Shown here one piece after another: positions 25,625 through 39,100 of a stretch of DNA of 50,122 nt. Below the pieces are notes generated by a model. That model saw only the letters and a program-made list of their open reading frames with translations. It was not told the origin of the DNA and ran no database searches. The DNA is from Toensbergia leucococca (taxonomy: Eukaryota): NCBI GenBank assembly GCA_022813965.1, contig JALDZS010000172.1, positions 1 through 50,122 on the forward strand. Direction: 5' to 3'. How positions within the stretch are numbered: position 1 is the stretch's first letter; each line of letters starts with the position of its first letter. A program made the position numbers and the translations under genes.

Positions 25625-27443
25625 TTAGCTTCCTCCCAAGGCTATTACATTCCGTAGCGTTCCAAAAGCGAGGACGTCCCCAATCCTCGTCGTTCCTGAC
25701 AAGAGCATACACAGCCGATCGATGCCACATCCCCAGCCGCCCGTAGGAGGGAGCCCCCACTCTAGCGCTTCGATGTAATTCTGGTCAATGCTAGCGGAAT
25801 CGCCTTCATCCCTATACTGAAGCTGTTCCAAAAATTTCCTCCGTTGTTCTAGGGGGGAATTCTCTTCTTCGTACATGTTGACTATTTCTTGACCGTCGAT
25901 GAAAAGCTCGGCACGCGCTGAAACACGTTGCTGGACATCAGGATGATCGAAAGATTTCGACAGTGGAGACAAGCACTCTGGGTGATTGATAATGAATGTA
26001 GGTGCAGTGCATTGTGGTTCTATATACACAGCACAGAGCTTGTCTAAGAAGCGAGGAAGCGTCGGCGAAGCCGGCAAAGGAATATTGCAGTCTCGCAATA
26101 TTTCACCAACTTCGGAAAGAGCTTCCGCCGAAGTAAGGTCGGGTAATCTGCGATTGATAGCAGACTCTATTGCTGGAATGAAGTCTAGGCGGCCGAAAGG
26201 GACAGTAAAAGCCATCTGGAGGATGTGCAAAGGGTCAGTCTTGTCAAGTATCATGCTAGTCACGTGTTCAGTCAAGCCGAGAAACATAGACTCCGTCATC
26301 CGAATCAACTCTTCTAGGTCTGTGTAGGATCTGTAAAATTCGCACGTTGTAAACTCTGGATTATGAGTTGGGTCGAGGCCTGGAAGTAATTAGCGAGACA
26401 CATCTTCCTTTGCTAAGCTATTACTTGCCCTCGTTTCTGAAACAAGGCCCGATCTCAAATACTCTCTCAAACCCGCCAAGAATCAAGCGCTTGAGCCATA
26501 GCTCGGGTGCAATACGTAATGAAATCTGCCGTCCGGGGAATTCTGAAGCAGAGGTATAGAATGGTCTTGCTACCGCTCCACCAGCTCCATCTCCAAGTAT
26601 TGGTGTTTGTACTTCCACATGACCGTCATCCATCAAAAACTTGCGCATGTACTTCAGTACCTCTGATCTCAAGCGGAGAGTGTCTATGGATTTCTGATTG
26701 ACGAGTAGGTCGACGTGTCGTTTTCGAATCCTTGTCTCCCTGTCCAGAAGATCTGTAGGAAGACGATGCAGGCATGGCGAGAGAAGTCGAGGAAGCTCAG
26801 TAACTATCACAGAAAGTTCCCCCCTGCTAGTCCGGTGCGGAATACCTTTGAAACCTGCATACGTAAATTCCAGCATGCATACAAAACGTGGTACAAGTAC
26901 TCACTGAATATGTCTCCTCTTTGAAGGCGGTGGTAGAATTGATTAAAGGCTTCTAGACTCACGCCGGCCGGCGACAATATTTTAAAATTACAGAGTCCCT
27001 GCACATAGTGACGTTCTTGACCAATGTCGATAAACAAGAGCTTTGACCCGGCGGCTCTGAATGAGTTTACCCTACCTGAGAACATGAGCGAGCATCACGC
27101 TTTCGGGTTGTTATAAGAGGGTACCACGTATGACTACCTCTTCGCCATTCTCAGATTGATCACGCTTCAGATATTCATACCGTTTTGCAAAGGCGCTGCA
27201 ACTCAAAGAGCCGCTTTCAGACGCAAGACGCGGATAGAGTTGGTTCGTAGGTGATTGAAGCTCGTGTAAGCGCTGTATAACCTCTGTCTTTTCTGGGTTG
27301 GCCTCCTGTCCGATACAATTCTTCGTTCCGATCTGGTCCTGGAACAGACTGTAGAATCGGAGATGGGCTGCAGAGGCGGCAGTAGATACAGACTTGAGAC
27401 GGGTCAATTGTGTAGGGCGCAGGAATTGATAACTTCTGCTCAT
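25625..27443 (-). CDS. MSK1: Lysyl-tRNA synthetase, class II, probably mitochondrial; exons 27443-27125, 27075-26905, 26854-26429, 26379-25625
   Basis: OB-fold (GRVNSFRAAGSKLLFIDI), EVQTPIL..GGAVARPF, LRIAPELWLKRL..GG..RVFEIG.CFRNEG.D.THNPEFT, motif 3 GLPPTGGWGCGIDRL. The N-terminus is Arg/Ser/Ala-rich and presequence-like. Confidence 0.92.
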
Positions 27444-27795
27444 GCTGTATTGATTCAGCAAATACTACCAGGCACAAAGTGACAAGGTCGACGATATTTC
27501 AGGTGCTTGTGTCAGACATGAGATTTGTGACCATCCACTTGCGGAGCAGGTGTCATTCGCAACGGTTCTTGATGATGATGTTTCTTCCTTCAAGAAAGGT
27601 GTACTCGGACGTTGCGACTTGGGACTCACTTACTCTATGGCCAAAGCTCAATCAGAGGAAGCGAGGACGTTTTGACTACGTACAAGATAATATGTCAAGA
27701 AATTCTAAGAGACCAGGCGTCTCACGGGAAACCCAGACTGTCATCCTTGCACGCGCGTATGTAATAATACTCTAGCAGCGAGTGAAGCGAAGCTA

Positions 27796-29863
27796 CAGAG
27801 CCGTGGTCCAAAAGTAATGAGACACCCTAAAACCTAGCGTCTACAGGGATTCTCAGCCCTAACATCCATTCTATCCATTGAATTGATGGATTCCCCATCG
27901 GAACGCATACAAATCATAGTATCATAAGGTGGGATACTCTATATAGTATATATGATGACTACTGGTCTCTCCTAGGCCTTGCACTCGCTGCGGTGATCGT
28001 GATCTCCGCCTTTTGAGGCCTTTTCGGTGATTGTTTTTTGGGTTGTTTTCGGGGTTGTTGGGGGTGTTTTTCGGGTTGTTTTTCGAGTTGTTTTTGGGGT
28101 TGTTTTTGAAGTTCCCGTCTTGGGGGGGGTGGAGTCAATGGCTCCGGAGTGGGAGTCCTAGGATTATATTCCATTCAGGATTCAGAGGAAGATGAGGAAG
28201 AGGAGGAGAAGGAGGATGATGATGATGATGATGAGAAGGAGATGGAGTGAAGGGTTTTTGCTGTTCTAGGGGGGGATGGCTCGAAAACATCATCTGAAAA
28301 GGCCTGCAATTCCCTTCACATAGTGAGTTGATTTTTTCCTTCTTTTGATCGGGAGTCAACATCAAGTCTTCCTTCCTTATACTCATTTTCTCCTTTCAAT
28401 TCAATGATCATGGCGCAATGTCTAGGCATTCACTCAATCCAAGCCTGAATAGTCTCCTGAGATAATTCATTCCATGCTTTAGTCCAGAGTTTCTTTGCGA
28501 TAAGATGATTTTCAGGCGGTCCTTTTTTCATTGTTTCCTTCTTCATATGAATTCAACAGGGTTCTATCATGTTAAGATCAGGTGAGTTTCCTGATCAAAG
28601 AAGACATAGAATCTTAGCATTCATAAAAACTCTGTGCTGATGTTGAGAAGCATGAGGCCTGACTTCATTCTTCTGTATGATCATCAGCATACCTAGCTCT
28701 TTTTCACACTTCTAAGCAAAGGGAATTAACAAGGGTTTGAGAATCAGTTGTTGATAGTAATATCAGTCAATCCCCCCCCTTGAATTGCGTACCATCTTTT
28801 CTGTTTCCTTTATGAACTCTCATGTGAGCCTTATATCAGGAAGGTTTTACAAGAAAAGATGTGTCAATTCATTAGTAATTTCTCATCATTGCTTTATTTT
28901 CAGCTTTAATTTCTTATTTCTTTTCTTAAGATCTTGAATAGAGGCCTTTTTTTCTTTTGCAGTCTCTAAAGCCCAGCAATGCATAGAATCTTGTCTTTAG
29001 TCAGTCTTTTCTTTCTGATCTGAAAGTGAGAGAGTGAACATACCCTTTCTATCATAACAGAAGAAGCCTCAAAACATGAATTCTGAGCATTTTTTTCATC
29101 TATTCTGAATAGTAGCAGGAGTTAGCTGAGAATTGTAACCTTTTGCTACAGTCCTTTATACCTGTACAGCTTCCTTTCTCTGTTCTAGAATCACGCTTGT
29201 CTCATCTGTTCAAATTACACACTTTCAGTCATTCAGTGTTCAGTTTTTGTGTTTCATTGCAAATTGAAGGTGAGTCAATTTCATCTTTGCTGTGAGATTA
29301 GGCTTTCTTTTAGACTTGCATTTTCTATATTTCTTTCTCTTTAAAGACTGTTCAATTGTCTGATAAGATACATCAAGCTTACTAGTCAACTGAGTGATTG
29401 TTTTCTCACATTCATACTGATCTCTTGAGATCAGTAATAGAAGTTTTGCTACTAGCTTCAGTGTTGCCTTGAGAGAACAGTCAGATCAGAGTGCATCAGT
29501 GAGATACTTATCTTTTAGAAGAGAGAAAATAGATGAGTTGAATTCACGGTCTCTAGCTTTCTTCTTCATCTTATATAGATGAGATTTTGAGAATTTAGTA
29601 TAAGTGACTACTAAATTGATATGAATTCTATACTTCAGCAATGTCAATGCTTGCACTCTCTCTGCAAGACAGGTCTGATGATTGCTCATGAAAAGAACAC
29701 ATGATAGGCTACAAATGAACGTCAAAATGATGAAAATCCCTCAAGGAACCATGGTTTGATGAAGAAAAATGAAATAGAATTGGGATTTTCCTATTGTGGG
29801 CGCTAGGAATCCCTGTAGACGCTAGATTTTAGCGTGTCTCATTACTTTTGGACCACGCCTCTG
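27796..29863 (-). mobile_element. Tc1/mariner DNA transposon, complete ends, transposase inactivated
   Basis: ~57-bp TIRs (CAGAG(C/G)CGTGGTCCAAAAGTAATGAGACAC...), TA target duplication at 27794-27795 and 29864-29865. Minus-strand remnants ERVQALTLL, I*TDETSV, EFMF*G and *SGNSPDLNMIE, with many TGG->TGA stops. Confidence 0.93.
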
Positions 29864-30031
29864 TACCTAGACTTCAAATGTCCGGATCTGTATGAATACA
29901 ATTAGTTTCTTTTAGAGCGCATAGGTAGCTCGGTACTGCGTAATAATCAACTACCTTACACAACTATTACATTTTCATTCAAGAGACGGTCTTTCCAATC
30001 CACACGGCACAGGACCATAAACCTTAGGACC

Positions 30032-30384
30032 ATGTCTTTCCTTTTCGGCGGGCGACCACAACTATCATCAGCGGAGAAAATTGCAGCGGCAGAAACCGAG
30101 GTGGAAATGGTGTCTGATATGATGAATCGGTACAGCTGTCCGCCTGATCTGTCTCATACTATGCTAGGCTATTGCTGATCTTGAAACCAATCAGTCTTAT
30201 TCAGTCTTGTACCAAGAAATGCATCCCCCCCGATTACCGTGAAGCAGACCTGAATAAGGGAGAGTCAGTGTGCTTGGATCGATGTGTCTCGAAATTCTTC
30301 GAAGTAAACATCAAGGTCAGTGAGAAGATGCAAGGCGAAGCTGCTGGAAGGCAAGCTGGTGGTGGTATGGGATTTGGAATGTGA
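30032..30384 (+). CDS. TIM10: Mitochondrial intermembrane space chaperone Tim10; exons 30032-30129, 30195-30384
   Basis: [23 protein letters not shown] and twin CX3C motif (CTKKC...CLDRC). Confidence 0.95.
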
Positions 30385-30751
30385 GATGAAAGTGAGGGAG
30401 TTAATGCGGGTTGGTATAATGTCTGCAAAAATTCTCCATGGTGGACTTAGCAGCCAAAACACGATTCAAGCTACATCCTTAGCATGCCCACGGCGTTCTT
30501 TGAGAAGACTAAGGAGTACGCCAGGATATCAGACACCATCTTCATGCGGAACTCTCGGAGAGTTAGAAATGTTATAGCTCCTCTGAGGTGTATCCGCCAC
30601 ACTTGATTAGCTCTGTTTAGTTTGTGTATTACCCATCTCCAGACTCTTTCTTGACAATCGTGAATTCAATCGATATAGAGCGACAGCAAGTAACTCAACA
30701 AGATAATCATAGTTGGGCATTATTGAAGTCACGACAGTGACGAGATTAAAA

Positions 30752-33443
30752 CTAATCCACAGGCATATTAGCACCAGTGACAACCTTTATGAGCCACCAT
30801 AACCATGCATCTTTCACTGCCTTCTCGTGCTTAAGCTCTGCGGCCCGAGTCTCAATTTCCGTTACTTGACGTTCAAATTCTCCCACACCGTCTTCTACAT
30901 CCTCAACCTTTGATTGCAACGCGCTCAATTCATATTCGAGCTTTGCACCAAGAACTTCAATGTCTTTAATAGCGTCAGCCAGTGACGACCGCTCTTCTGC
31001 TAACCGGTTGTCCAAGGCCCCGCGAATGAAATGGTAGTCTTCGCATTTCTGGTGATACATGGTGTCCAGCTCTTCCCGATTTCTACCGGCTTGTATATCA
31101 AGTCCTTCTATATCAGAAAGTCTGTTCTCAACCCAAGATCCATCATCGAGTTTCAGTCGTTGGAGGCGGGCGAACATCAATCGGGATTGAAAAGCCAAGC
31201 TCTCCTCCAGAACGAGAACTCTATCGGGATTAATTCCTACCGGGGCGTCATCAAGATCAGTCCAGTCTCCATTCTCTCTTGTCGTAAGTACATCAGCCAC
31301 AGTACTGAAAGATAATTGTCTTGGCCATCGATACGCGCGAGAGCCTTTTGTAGCCTGGTTAGGTATCCAGGATAAGCTCCGTGTGCTACGTAAAAGTGGC
31401 GGTGAAGTCTTCCCGTCTCTAAATCGTTCCAAGTCTTTGCCTATCTCTCGATCATTTGGAGTCGTATGAGGTTTCTCATGAGGTTCTAGCATAATTTCAA
31501 AGTGCGAGCTAGTTTCGAGATTATCAACATAACCATTACTAGAAGGTAATTGGTTAGCTTCGTTGTCCTCGGATTGTCGCCTGGTCGTGTTCTCAAGACT
31601 TGAAAGTGATTCAGCGTCAACATCATTCAATAGTTTTTGGCTGGCATGTGCATCGAACATTTCCTCGGGCTTTGGCTCTCCTTCTGGGAGACTGCGCTCT
31701 TGTCTGCTGTGCAGCGATCCCCCGCTGGGTCCATTGCGAGCATTGCCTAATGCTGGGATAGATTGCGGCACCAAAGCAGGCAGGCTCATCACCCCAGCTT
31801 GGCCGTGCTTGGCCCTTATGCTTTCGCCGTCTGATGCGACATATCCATCTTTGGAGTATTTGTGGTGATGCCCTCGTAGGCCTGGAATACCGACCTTGAT
31901 TCTCCCCAGCCCGCTTCGGGCATCGTTCATTCTGCCGGTGACACTCTTGAATACGGTCCTTCTGAGGATCTGGTCCTTGTCCGTACTATCGATACTCATT
32001 TGTGATCCCTGAGCCGGTTGCATATAGAGATTCTCTGAAAGTCCGTGGCGCGCGTGAGGCTCATGTGTCACCGAGTCACGCTTTTTACCAGACCATATAT
32101 ACCCCCCATGGTCGTCTCCACTAAAGACCATGCCATCATCGCCGCCCAAGTTGCCGAAGATATCACCTTCGGTATTTTTTCGAGGTTTCCCGTGCCACAG
32201 CCACTTAGCTCGCTCTCCAGATGCTAATTGAATGAAATTTTCGATATCTAACGTCTCTACCTCTGCAATGCCCGCCTTTTCTCGAGCACCAACCATGCCC
32301 ATTACCATCTCTCCGCCTTTCCCACTCAGCTCTGCAACGGTTGATTTGACAGCTCGTGGGACCGTCCAGCCTTCGCCACTCGCTGCCTTCGCCGTTACTC
32401 TGTGCAGGCGGTCCAGAGTCTGGCGATCTAACCGGCGGGTACCCTGTAATTTTTGTGACTTCTGAAAGTAAGCTAAGCCTCTCTTAGTGCTTTCCAAATC
32501 GAATACGTCTTTCCCAACAGGGGCGCCGTAAGCATTCAATCTATTCCGTGCTCCCATTAGCATTCCAAGTAAAGCGGCAATTGTAGTAGGGCCTAATATG
32601 CCGTCATTAGGTTCAACATTGAAAAATTCGGTTCCCACTTCGGTCCACCAGTCATTGACAGCCCGTTCGGTTACATCGCAAAGTAGGCCATCGGCGTACT
32701 CGGGAGGTAATTTTTGAAATAGCATCAGAGCAACCTGGCAAAGCTTTACAAGCTCTATGACAGCACTATATATTGGAATTCGATCACTCGTGTGGTAAAG
32801 CTGATTGAACTTGGCTAAGGTAGGTCCCGTTGGGGGAGAAAGGTTGAGGCCTGCTCTCCCGGAACATCCCATTCTCTTCATATTCTCATTGACAAAGAAA
32901 TCCTCTCTATGCTTTTTAATATCGCCTTCAGGGACTGCAATAACGGTCAAAGCTGAAGGAAAGCCGCTAAGGTTTGTTACCATCAGTGTCCCAAGGGGCG
33001 TCTCCTTCTCTCGTGCATGAAACTGTAGAATGGCCTTGAAATATACGCGTAGCCTTGGTGACCAAGCACTTTCGTCGGTTGGTACACTGAGAACACCAAC
33101 AAGCACCGAGTGCTGCGAAAGGCCTGTATACGTAGTGATGACAAAAGTTGGATGTTCTCTAGAACACGCCCATTGCTCGACCAGATATAATTCGTAACCA
33201 CTGAGACGACGCCGTCGCTCAAGGACAGTGACTGAAGGATCCTCTTCCAGATACCTGAAAAACATCAACAATACGTAGGATATAAATGATTCAGGAGCCA
33301 CAGTACCTAAAAGCTACAGGGTCAGTGAAAACAAAGCGCTGATGACCTGATGGTGGATCAGGTGGATGTAAGTCACGATTTTGGTGTATCGTCTTCTCTA
33401 TCAGACCATCTCGTTCCATATTGAATCCATCCGAATCGGGCAT
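30752..33443 (-). CDS. Stb2/Stb6-like (Sin3-binding family) protein; exons 33443-33307, 33254-30752
   Basis: FVFTDPVAFRYL, GYELYLVEQWACSR, LMVTNLSGFPS, F.VNENMKRMGCSGR, DGLLCDVT and DGILGPTT motifs, plus a C-terminal coiled coil. Start codon provisional. Confidence 0.85.
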
Positions 33444-34003
33444 GCCTTCACTTTGCCCTCAGGTCTTCGCCATTTGAGAATTTTTTCTCATGCCTTGCCT
33501 TCCAGTCAGAAACGAACCGTACCTATTATTCTGGTGTCAAGCTAAAGAGAAAGGAAAGTTTCATAGAAAATAAACTGCTACAGGTACAGTCGCAATAGAA
33601 AACGGTGTGAGTAATATGAATATCTAAGGCGTTGTCTAATCGAGTGACCATTGTCAACAACGAAAGAGATCAGCAGGTCCTTATTATCGGTAGCAGGGGC
33701 TCTCGAGTCTTGGGGGTGACCAAAGGTCGGATGACGATGGTGAGGGAACGATATTCTTTCCGTAAGGATATTTTACGGAGTATTCTATGGCGATCCGAGG
33801 TTCGTGATGACAGTGGCACTCATGCTCTCATCAACACAACCCAACCAGTCGAGCCTGTCTAAGAATGTCCTCACTTCGATATTACTGCTATTTTGATGCC
33901 GTTTTTAACATTGGCCCGCTTGACTATCATGTTTGATGTAGGAATCTTGTCGCTGCTCCGTCAGTTTACCAAATCCTTTCAACAGAGTTCCGAATAAAGA
34001 AAA

Positions 34004-35432
34004 ATGGATGCACTTTTTGACGAGCACGAGAGGCTCTCAAACAATGCCAACCTCTCCAAGAGCGTGACTGATGTCCAGAAAACTATTGATTTTCTAGTCA
34101 AAGCGCGGAGCGCTATTTCTGCCAGTACGTCTAAGATGTGGGACACTGTCATTGAAGCTGTTTTTGTCACTCATATCATCTATCTTGCTGACCGTTCATG
34201 CCTTCCAGACCCCAACAGTGCTTCTGTCACCCTTGCTAAGCTTCAGAATCCTGTCAAGCAGTCTTTCGATATTATCAACAATGATCTCAAGGAGGTCTAT
34301 AAAGGCTTGGGAAACTACTCGAAAGCATTAGACAAGGTCACATCCCCAGCTTCTTCTATCTTATTTAGCTGGACTTGACGTTGTCTGCAAACAGAAATTC
34401 AAGGATAAGCCATTGCCGACTACTGATTATGATGCGTTGTCGTCGCACCCAGCCTTGATCAACCGCGCCATTGCCATGCATCTTTTGCGGGAGGGGCAAT
34501 TTTCCGTTGCCTCCACTTTTCTGACCGATGCAACCACCAATCCTCCATATTCTAGGCTGCCTGTTGGTAGTCCGGATCCCTACGCTACCCTGGAGCACGA
34601 CCTTGGTATTGACTCATTGAGGTCAGAGCCTCTACGGAGACAATTCGCAAACATGTATCATATACTGCATGAGCTGAAGAATGAACAAAATCTGCTACCA
34701 GCCATTGAGTGGGCAAGAGCAAACAGTTCGGCCTTGGAAATCCGCGGGAGCAATCTTGAATTCGAGCTTGGGAGACTACAATTCGTTTGGCTCTTTACGG
34801 GCGCTCCTCGTGTGACCGATAATAGAAGCAACTCTGAGTGCCAACGTCAAGCCCTTGACTACGCTCGGAGGGAATTCTGCCACTTTCAAGCGCGATACCT
34901 TCGAGAAATCCAGCAATTGAGCGGGGCAATGGCTTTCTGCCCCAATTTACAGGACTCTCCATATCGACGAATGTTCCATAACAACAGCGCTTGGGAGGAT
35001 CTCGCCAGCTCTTTTACCCGAGAGTTTTGTTCTCTTTTAGGACTGTCTGCCGACTCGCCCTTATATATTGCAGCTACGGCGGGAGCGATTGCTCTACCTA
35101 CGCTGCTAAAACTCCAAACCATCATGAAGGAGAAGCGAACGGAGTGGACGACCCAACATGAGCTTCCTGTAAGTCTTCAAACACGGTGATTAACTTTGCT
35201 GATTCCATTTTAGGTCGAGATCCCTTTACCACCGTCTTATCATTTCCACTCAATCTTTATATGTCCAGTGTCTAAAGAGCAAACAACTGACGACAACCCG
35301 CCGATGATGATGCCTTGTGGCCATGTTGTCGCTCAAGAGTCTTTGATGCGACTCAGTAAGGGTAGTCGATTCAAATGCCCGTACTGTCCTGGCGAAAGTC
35401 ATCCACGAGACGCGAGGAAGATATTACTGTAA
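34004..35432 (+). CDS. RMD5: GID/CTLH complex RING subunit Rmd5/Gid2; exons 34004-34124, 34209-34336, 34395-35168, 35214-35432
   Basis: LisH-like [23 protein letters not shown] (AIEWA...S.LEFEL), CRA (FC.LLGLS.DSPL) and degenerate [17 protein letters not shown]...PCGHV...FKCPYCP. Confidence 0.93.
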
Positions 35433-36195
35433 AGGAGTATGCAAACTCATGTGTATTCATGATTAGCGATCGCATCAAGGGCGTTGAAATTTGCAGACCC
35501 TTTGGGCGTCCTGAGATTCTAGTTATTTTTATCTCTCCCATCAGGAAAGATTTATCATTCCATCATTGGTGACGACCAATATATGAAACAGAAAAACGTG
35601 TAGAAGGAGAAAGTTATTTTTTAAGTTACTCAAGTTATTGTCAAGCCCTTAGACATGTTACATGTATGAGTAGTTTACCCCTATACCACCCTCATACATT
35701 TTGCATATATGGCAGGTTACCTTACTTAAGTTATTTATTAAGTTACTCTATCTGACATTCTTAGATTTTATTGATGAATAGTGCTAATTCTATACTCCTT
35801 TTCTACTTTTCTTAATTATAATATTTTTAGTGCTTAAGTGTAAGATCATAGAGAGAAAAATCATGATTTTATATTACATTCTGCACTTGATTTTCTATCT
35901 CTATTGCATGTTATCTATCTTCTTAATTGTATTATTTTATAGTAAGCTTTATCAAAAGAATCTTTATGATTTTAAAACAAGGTAAATAGCTTGCAAAATT
36001 ATGATATATTTGTGTTAAGAAAGTAAATCATATGTTTAAGAGTAAGAAAATGAAGTCAGAATATAATTTAAAAGCATTAATTTTATTTTAAGTAATTTAA
36101 CTTTTAGATAACACATAGATTAAACATATAAATAACCTGTGTATAAGTTATAAATTAAGGGAATTGATACATGTACGCCCCCTTTTAATACCTGT

Positions 36196-39100
36196 TGTCA
36201 GCATGCAGGTGTATGCAGGTATACGTGCCTGTGTCACATCAGGTACTTTAGTGAGATGTTTTAGCGTTGTTGTTATGTTGACAGCGTGTCTGTGTTGACT
36301 TAACATTAAAAGTGTACATGTTTTGAACTAATATCAAATGTAATTAGTTCTTCACTTAAAGTTCATGTACATATTCTGTCTCTCACATAGACTTTAGATA
36401 TCATCTGATAACTACACTGACATCACAATCCTATCAGTCCCTTCTAACAGTTATGAGCTTGATTTGCGTCAACCTTTGTTAGATCATCTTTTTTGTCTAA
36501 AGAGAGACTCCTTTATCTAAGACAAGCAAGATTATTATCTGGATTGAAGAGGTAAGACATTTTGTCAAGTGTCTAACACCTCAAGATATCTCTTTGTCAA
36601 GACATCTCTTTGTCAAGATCTCTTTGTCAAGACTTTTTTGTCAAGACACTTCTTTATCTGTCTAATACTTAAGAGACATCCAGTCCCATCTGTGTTGAAG
36701 ACCTTCCTTACACATATGTATTGATAGAAACCTAGCATAACTATTAGCAGGATTTCTAGCATGTTGTGTTGAATAGGCTTGCACTCTGTACTAGCAGGAC
36801 CTCTTACAGACATCTAACAGACACCTAACACCTAAGGCTAAAGAAAGACACCTGACGGAATCCTTTCAACAGCACGTCAAAGGCTAGACATAGATCAAGG
36901 TTAGAAACGGACTCCTGCAATCAGAATCCTTTTAGCAACACAACTCAACTCCTGGCACAGCACGCTGCCAGAGTCTAGCAGCAGCACATCCTTATTACCA
37001 CGTCCTTATTATCATATCTTTAGTAAGCTCAAGGCTTATCAGATAACATGAGTAGTAGAAAGGATATGTGTTTAATCTCTTTCAAGGACTGAGACCTATG
37101 AATTGCCGTTGTCTGACAGCTAGCAAATGAGCATCACATATGAGATCTTATCCACCCTAACATAACATCTCAGCCTACCCTTCTGAAATGACCTGAGAGA
37201 CCTGTATCAGAAGTGTTAGATTTAACCTCAGTAACCACAGCAGAGAAAGCTGCACACGTTACCCTCTATCAACTTTACAACTCAGAATATAAGCTTAGTC
37301 TTAAAGAGTATGAGAAACAACAGACTGCTATTGAGAAAGTTAGGACCTTTGTTAGTGACAGTATAGCTTTGAATAACTTTCTCTCTGTTAAGGCAGATAG
37401 TGACCTTTCTCTGTGAAAGAGACTCTGTGATCTTAAGAACTATTTTGCACCATCAGATTTTGCCCGCAAGTTAGAATTAGAACAGCTTTATCAACAACTC
37501 AGCAAGGGATCAAGCTCTAGATAGAACCCTGAGATGTGACTTAATGAGTTCAAACAAATGCTTGCAAAAGCAAAGGCAGAGAATATTGCAGAAGTATCTG
37601 ATGCTGAACGGCCATACCGTGACTTTCTACTAGCTATAAAGTCAACAGCACCTATTCTAACTACTATACTACAATGAGAAATGCAGATTCTCAAAGAGAA
37701 AGATATAAAAAAGATCATGATTATCTCTATGAAGGATTACCGGGAGGAAATAAAGGTGTTAAAAGCACAAGACAAGCTTGATAATTCCGCATTCCTGATA
37801 GACAAAGAAGACAAGATCACAGAAGATAAGCCTTCCTTCTGTAACAAACAACAGCAGCAACCTAAGAGGAAACAACAACCACGGTCATGTGTTTGTCAAG
37901 AACCTAATAATATTAATCCTCATTAATGGGTTGACTGCTTATACCTTAATAGTGATGCACAGGCAAAAGGATAAAAGCCTGACAAGAAGACTAAAAAGAT
38001 TGTAGACACTAAACTAAAGAATCTAGAATTTATAGAGAAGGTGCTACTTGCTATTAGCAAGACTAAGAAGTCAAAAGAGAAGAAAGGACCTACTAATAAT
38101 AAAGACTTAGATGATTTCTTTATCAGCACATTTGCTGTAGATTTTTCCCTTCATACCTTCTGAATTATAGACCCTGGATCTTTCCTGCACATCTGCAATA
38201 ACACAATGCATGAGAGATATATAGCAGAGAGAATTTGTAATAAGAAGATTGCCGCTGACAATTCTCATCTACAGATAGAATCTGTTGACTCCATCATTAT
38301 AACATTACAGTCACCTACAGGATCAAAGAAGATTAAGTTGTCTAATGTACATTATGTGCCTGATTTTCTAACAAACCTAGTATCTGCAAGTCTTCTAGCT
38401 GACAAAGAGCTCTACTTTGACACTCAGCATAAACACTTACATATTAACGGAGTCACAAAGTACTATGCATTAAGACATGATCAACACTATCTTCTAGAAA
38501 ACAACAAGACATCTACAACTACCTTACTAGCATCTGAAGAAGCCTTTTTTATGAACAAAGAAGTTGTTAAGATAGGACTAACAGAGAAATGGCACAAAAT
38601 TCTGGCTCATGCTGGGAATGATGCTATTCAGCATCTTGCAGATGCGGTAAAGGGTGTTAAGGTCAACAATAAAGATAACATCTTAAGAACTAACAAATGT
38701 GAGACTTGCGCTCTGTTTAAAGGATACCACATTGTCTTAAAGTCCTCTTACATAAAAGAGGTTCAAAACAAGCCCTTCTATAGGATTAGTTATGACCTTA
38801 TTGAGCTTAATTCTGACCTTAATAAAGACAAATAAATCTCCTATATTGCTTGTATAGCTATCAACTTTCACATGGTAGAGTCTCATAAGAAGAAGTTTAG
38901 AGCAGTTGATGCTATCAGAAAAGTTATTCTTTTTATTCATACAAGATGAGAACATAAGGTTGTCTTTATCTGTTCTGATGATAAAAAAGCCTTGGGCAAT
39001 GAATTTGATAATTTTATTGCAGATCTGAGAATAACACAAGAGGAAAGCGCTTCAGATACTCCTGCGCAAAATCATCATTCTGAGAGAATGAGAGGTATTC

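Noticed and set aside
27959..28386. Pro/Lys/Gln- and His-rich ORFs
   Set aside because: Low-complexity tail and microsatellite inside the Tc1 element, not host genes.
33444..33564. Upstream ATGs and in-frame TGA before the STB-like start (possible readthrough or uORF)
   Set aside because: Cannot distinguish from ordinary 5'UTR or an unmodelled exon without transcripts.
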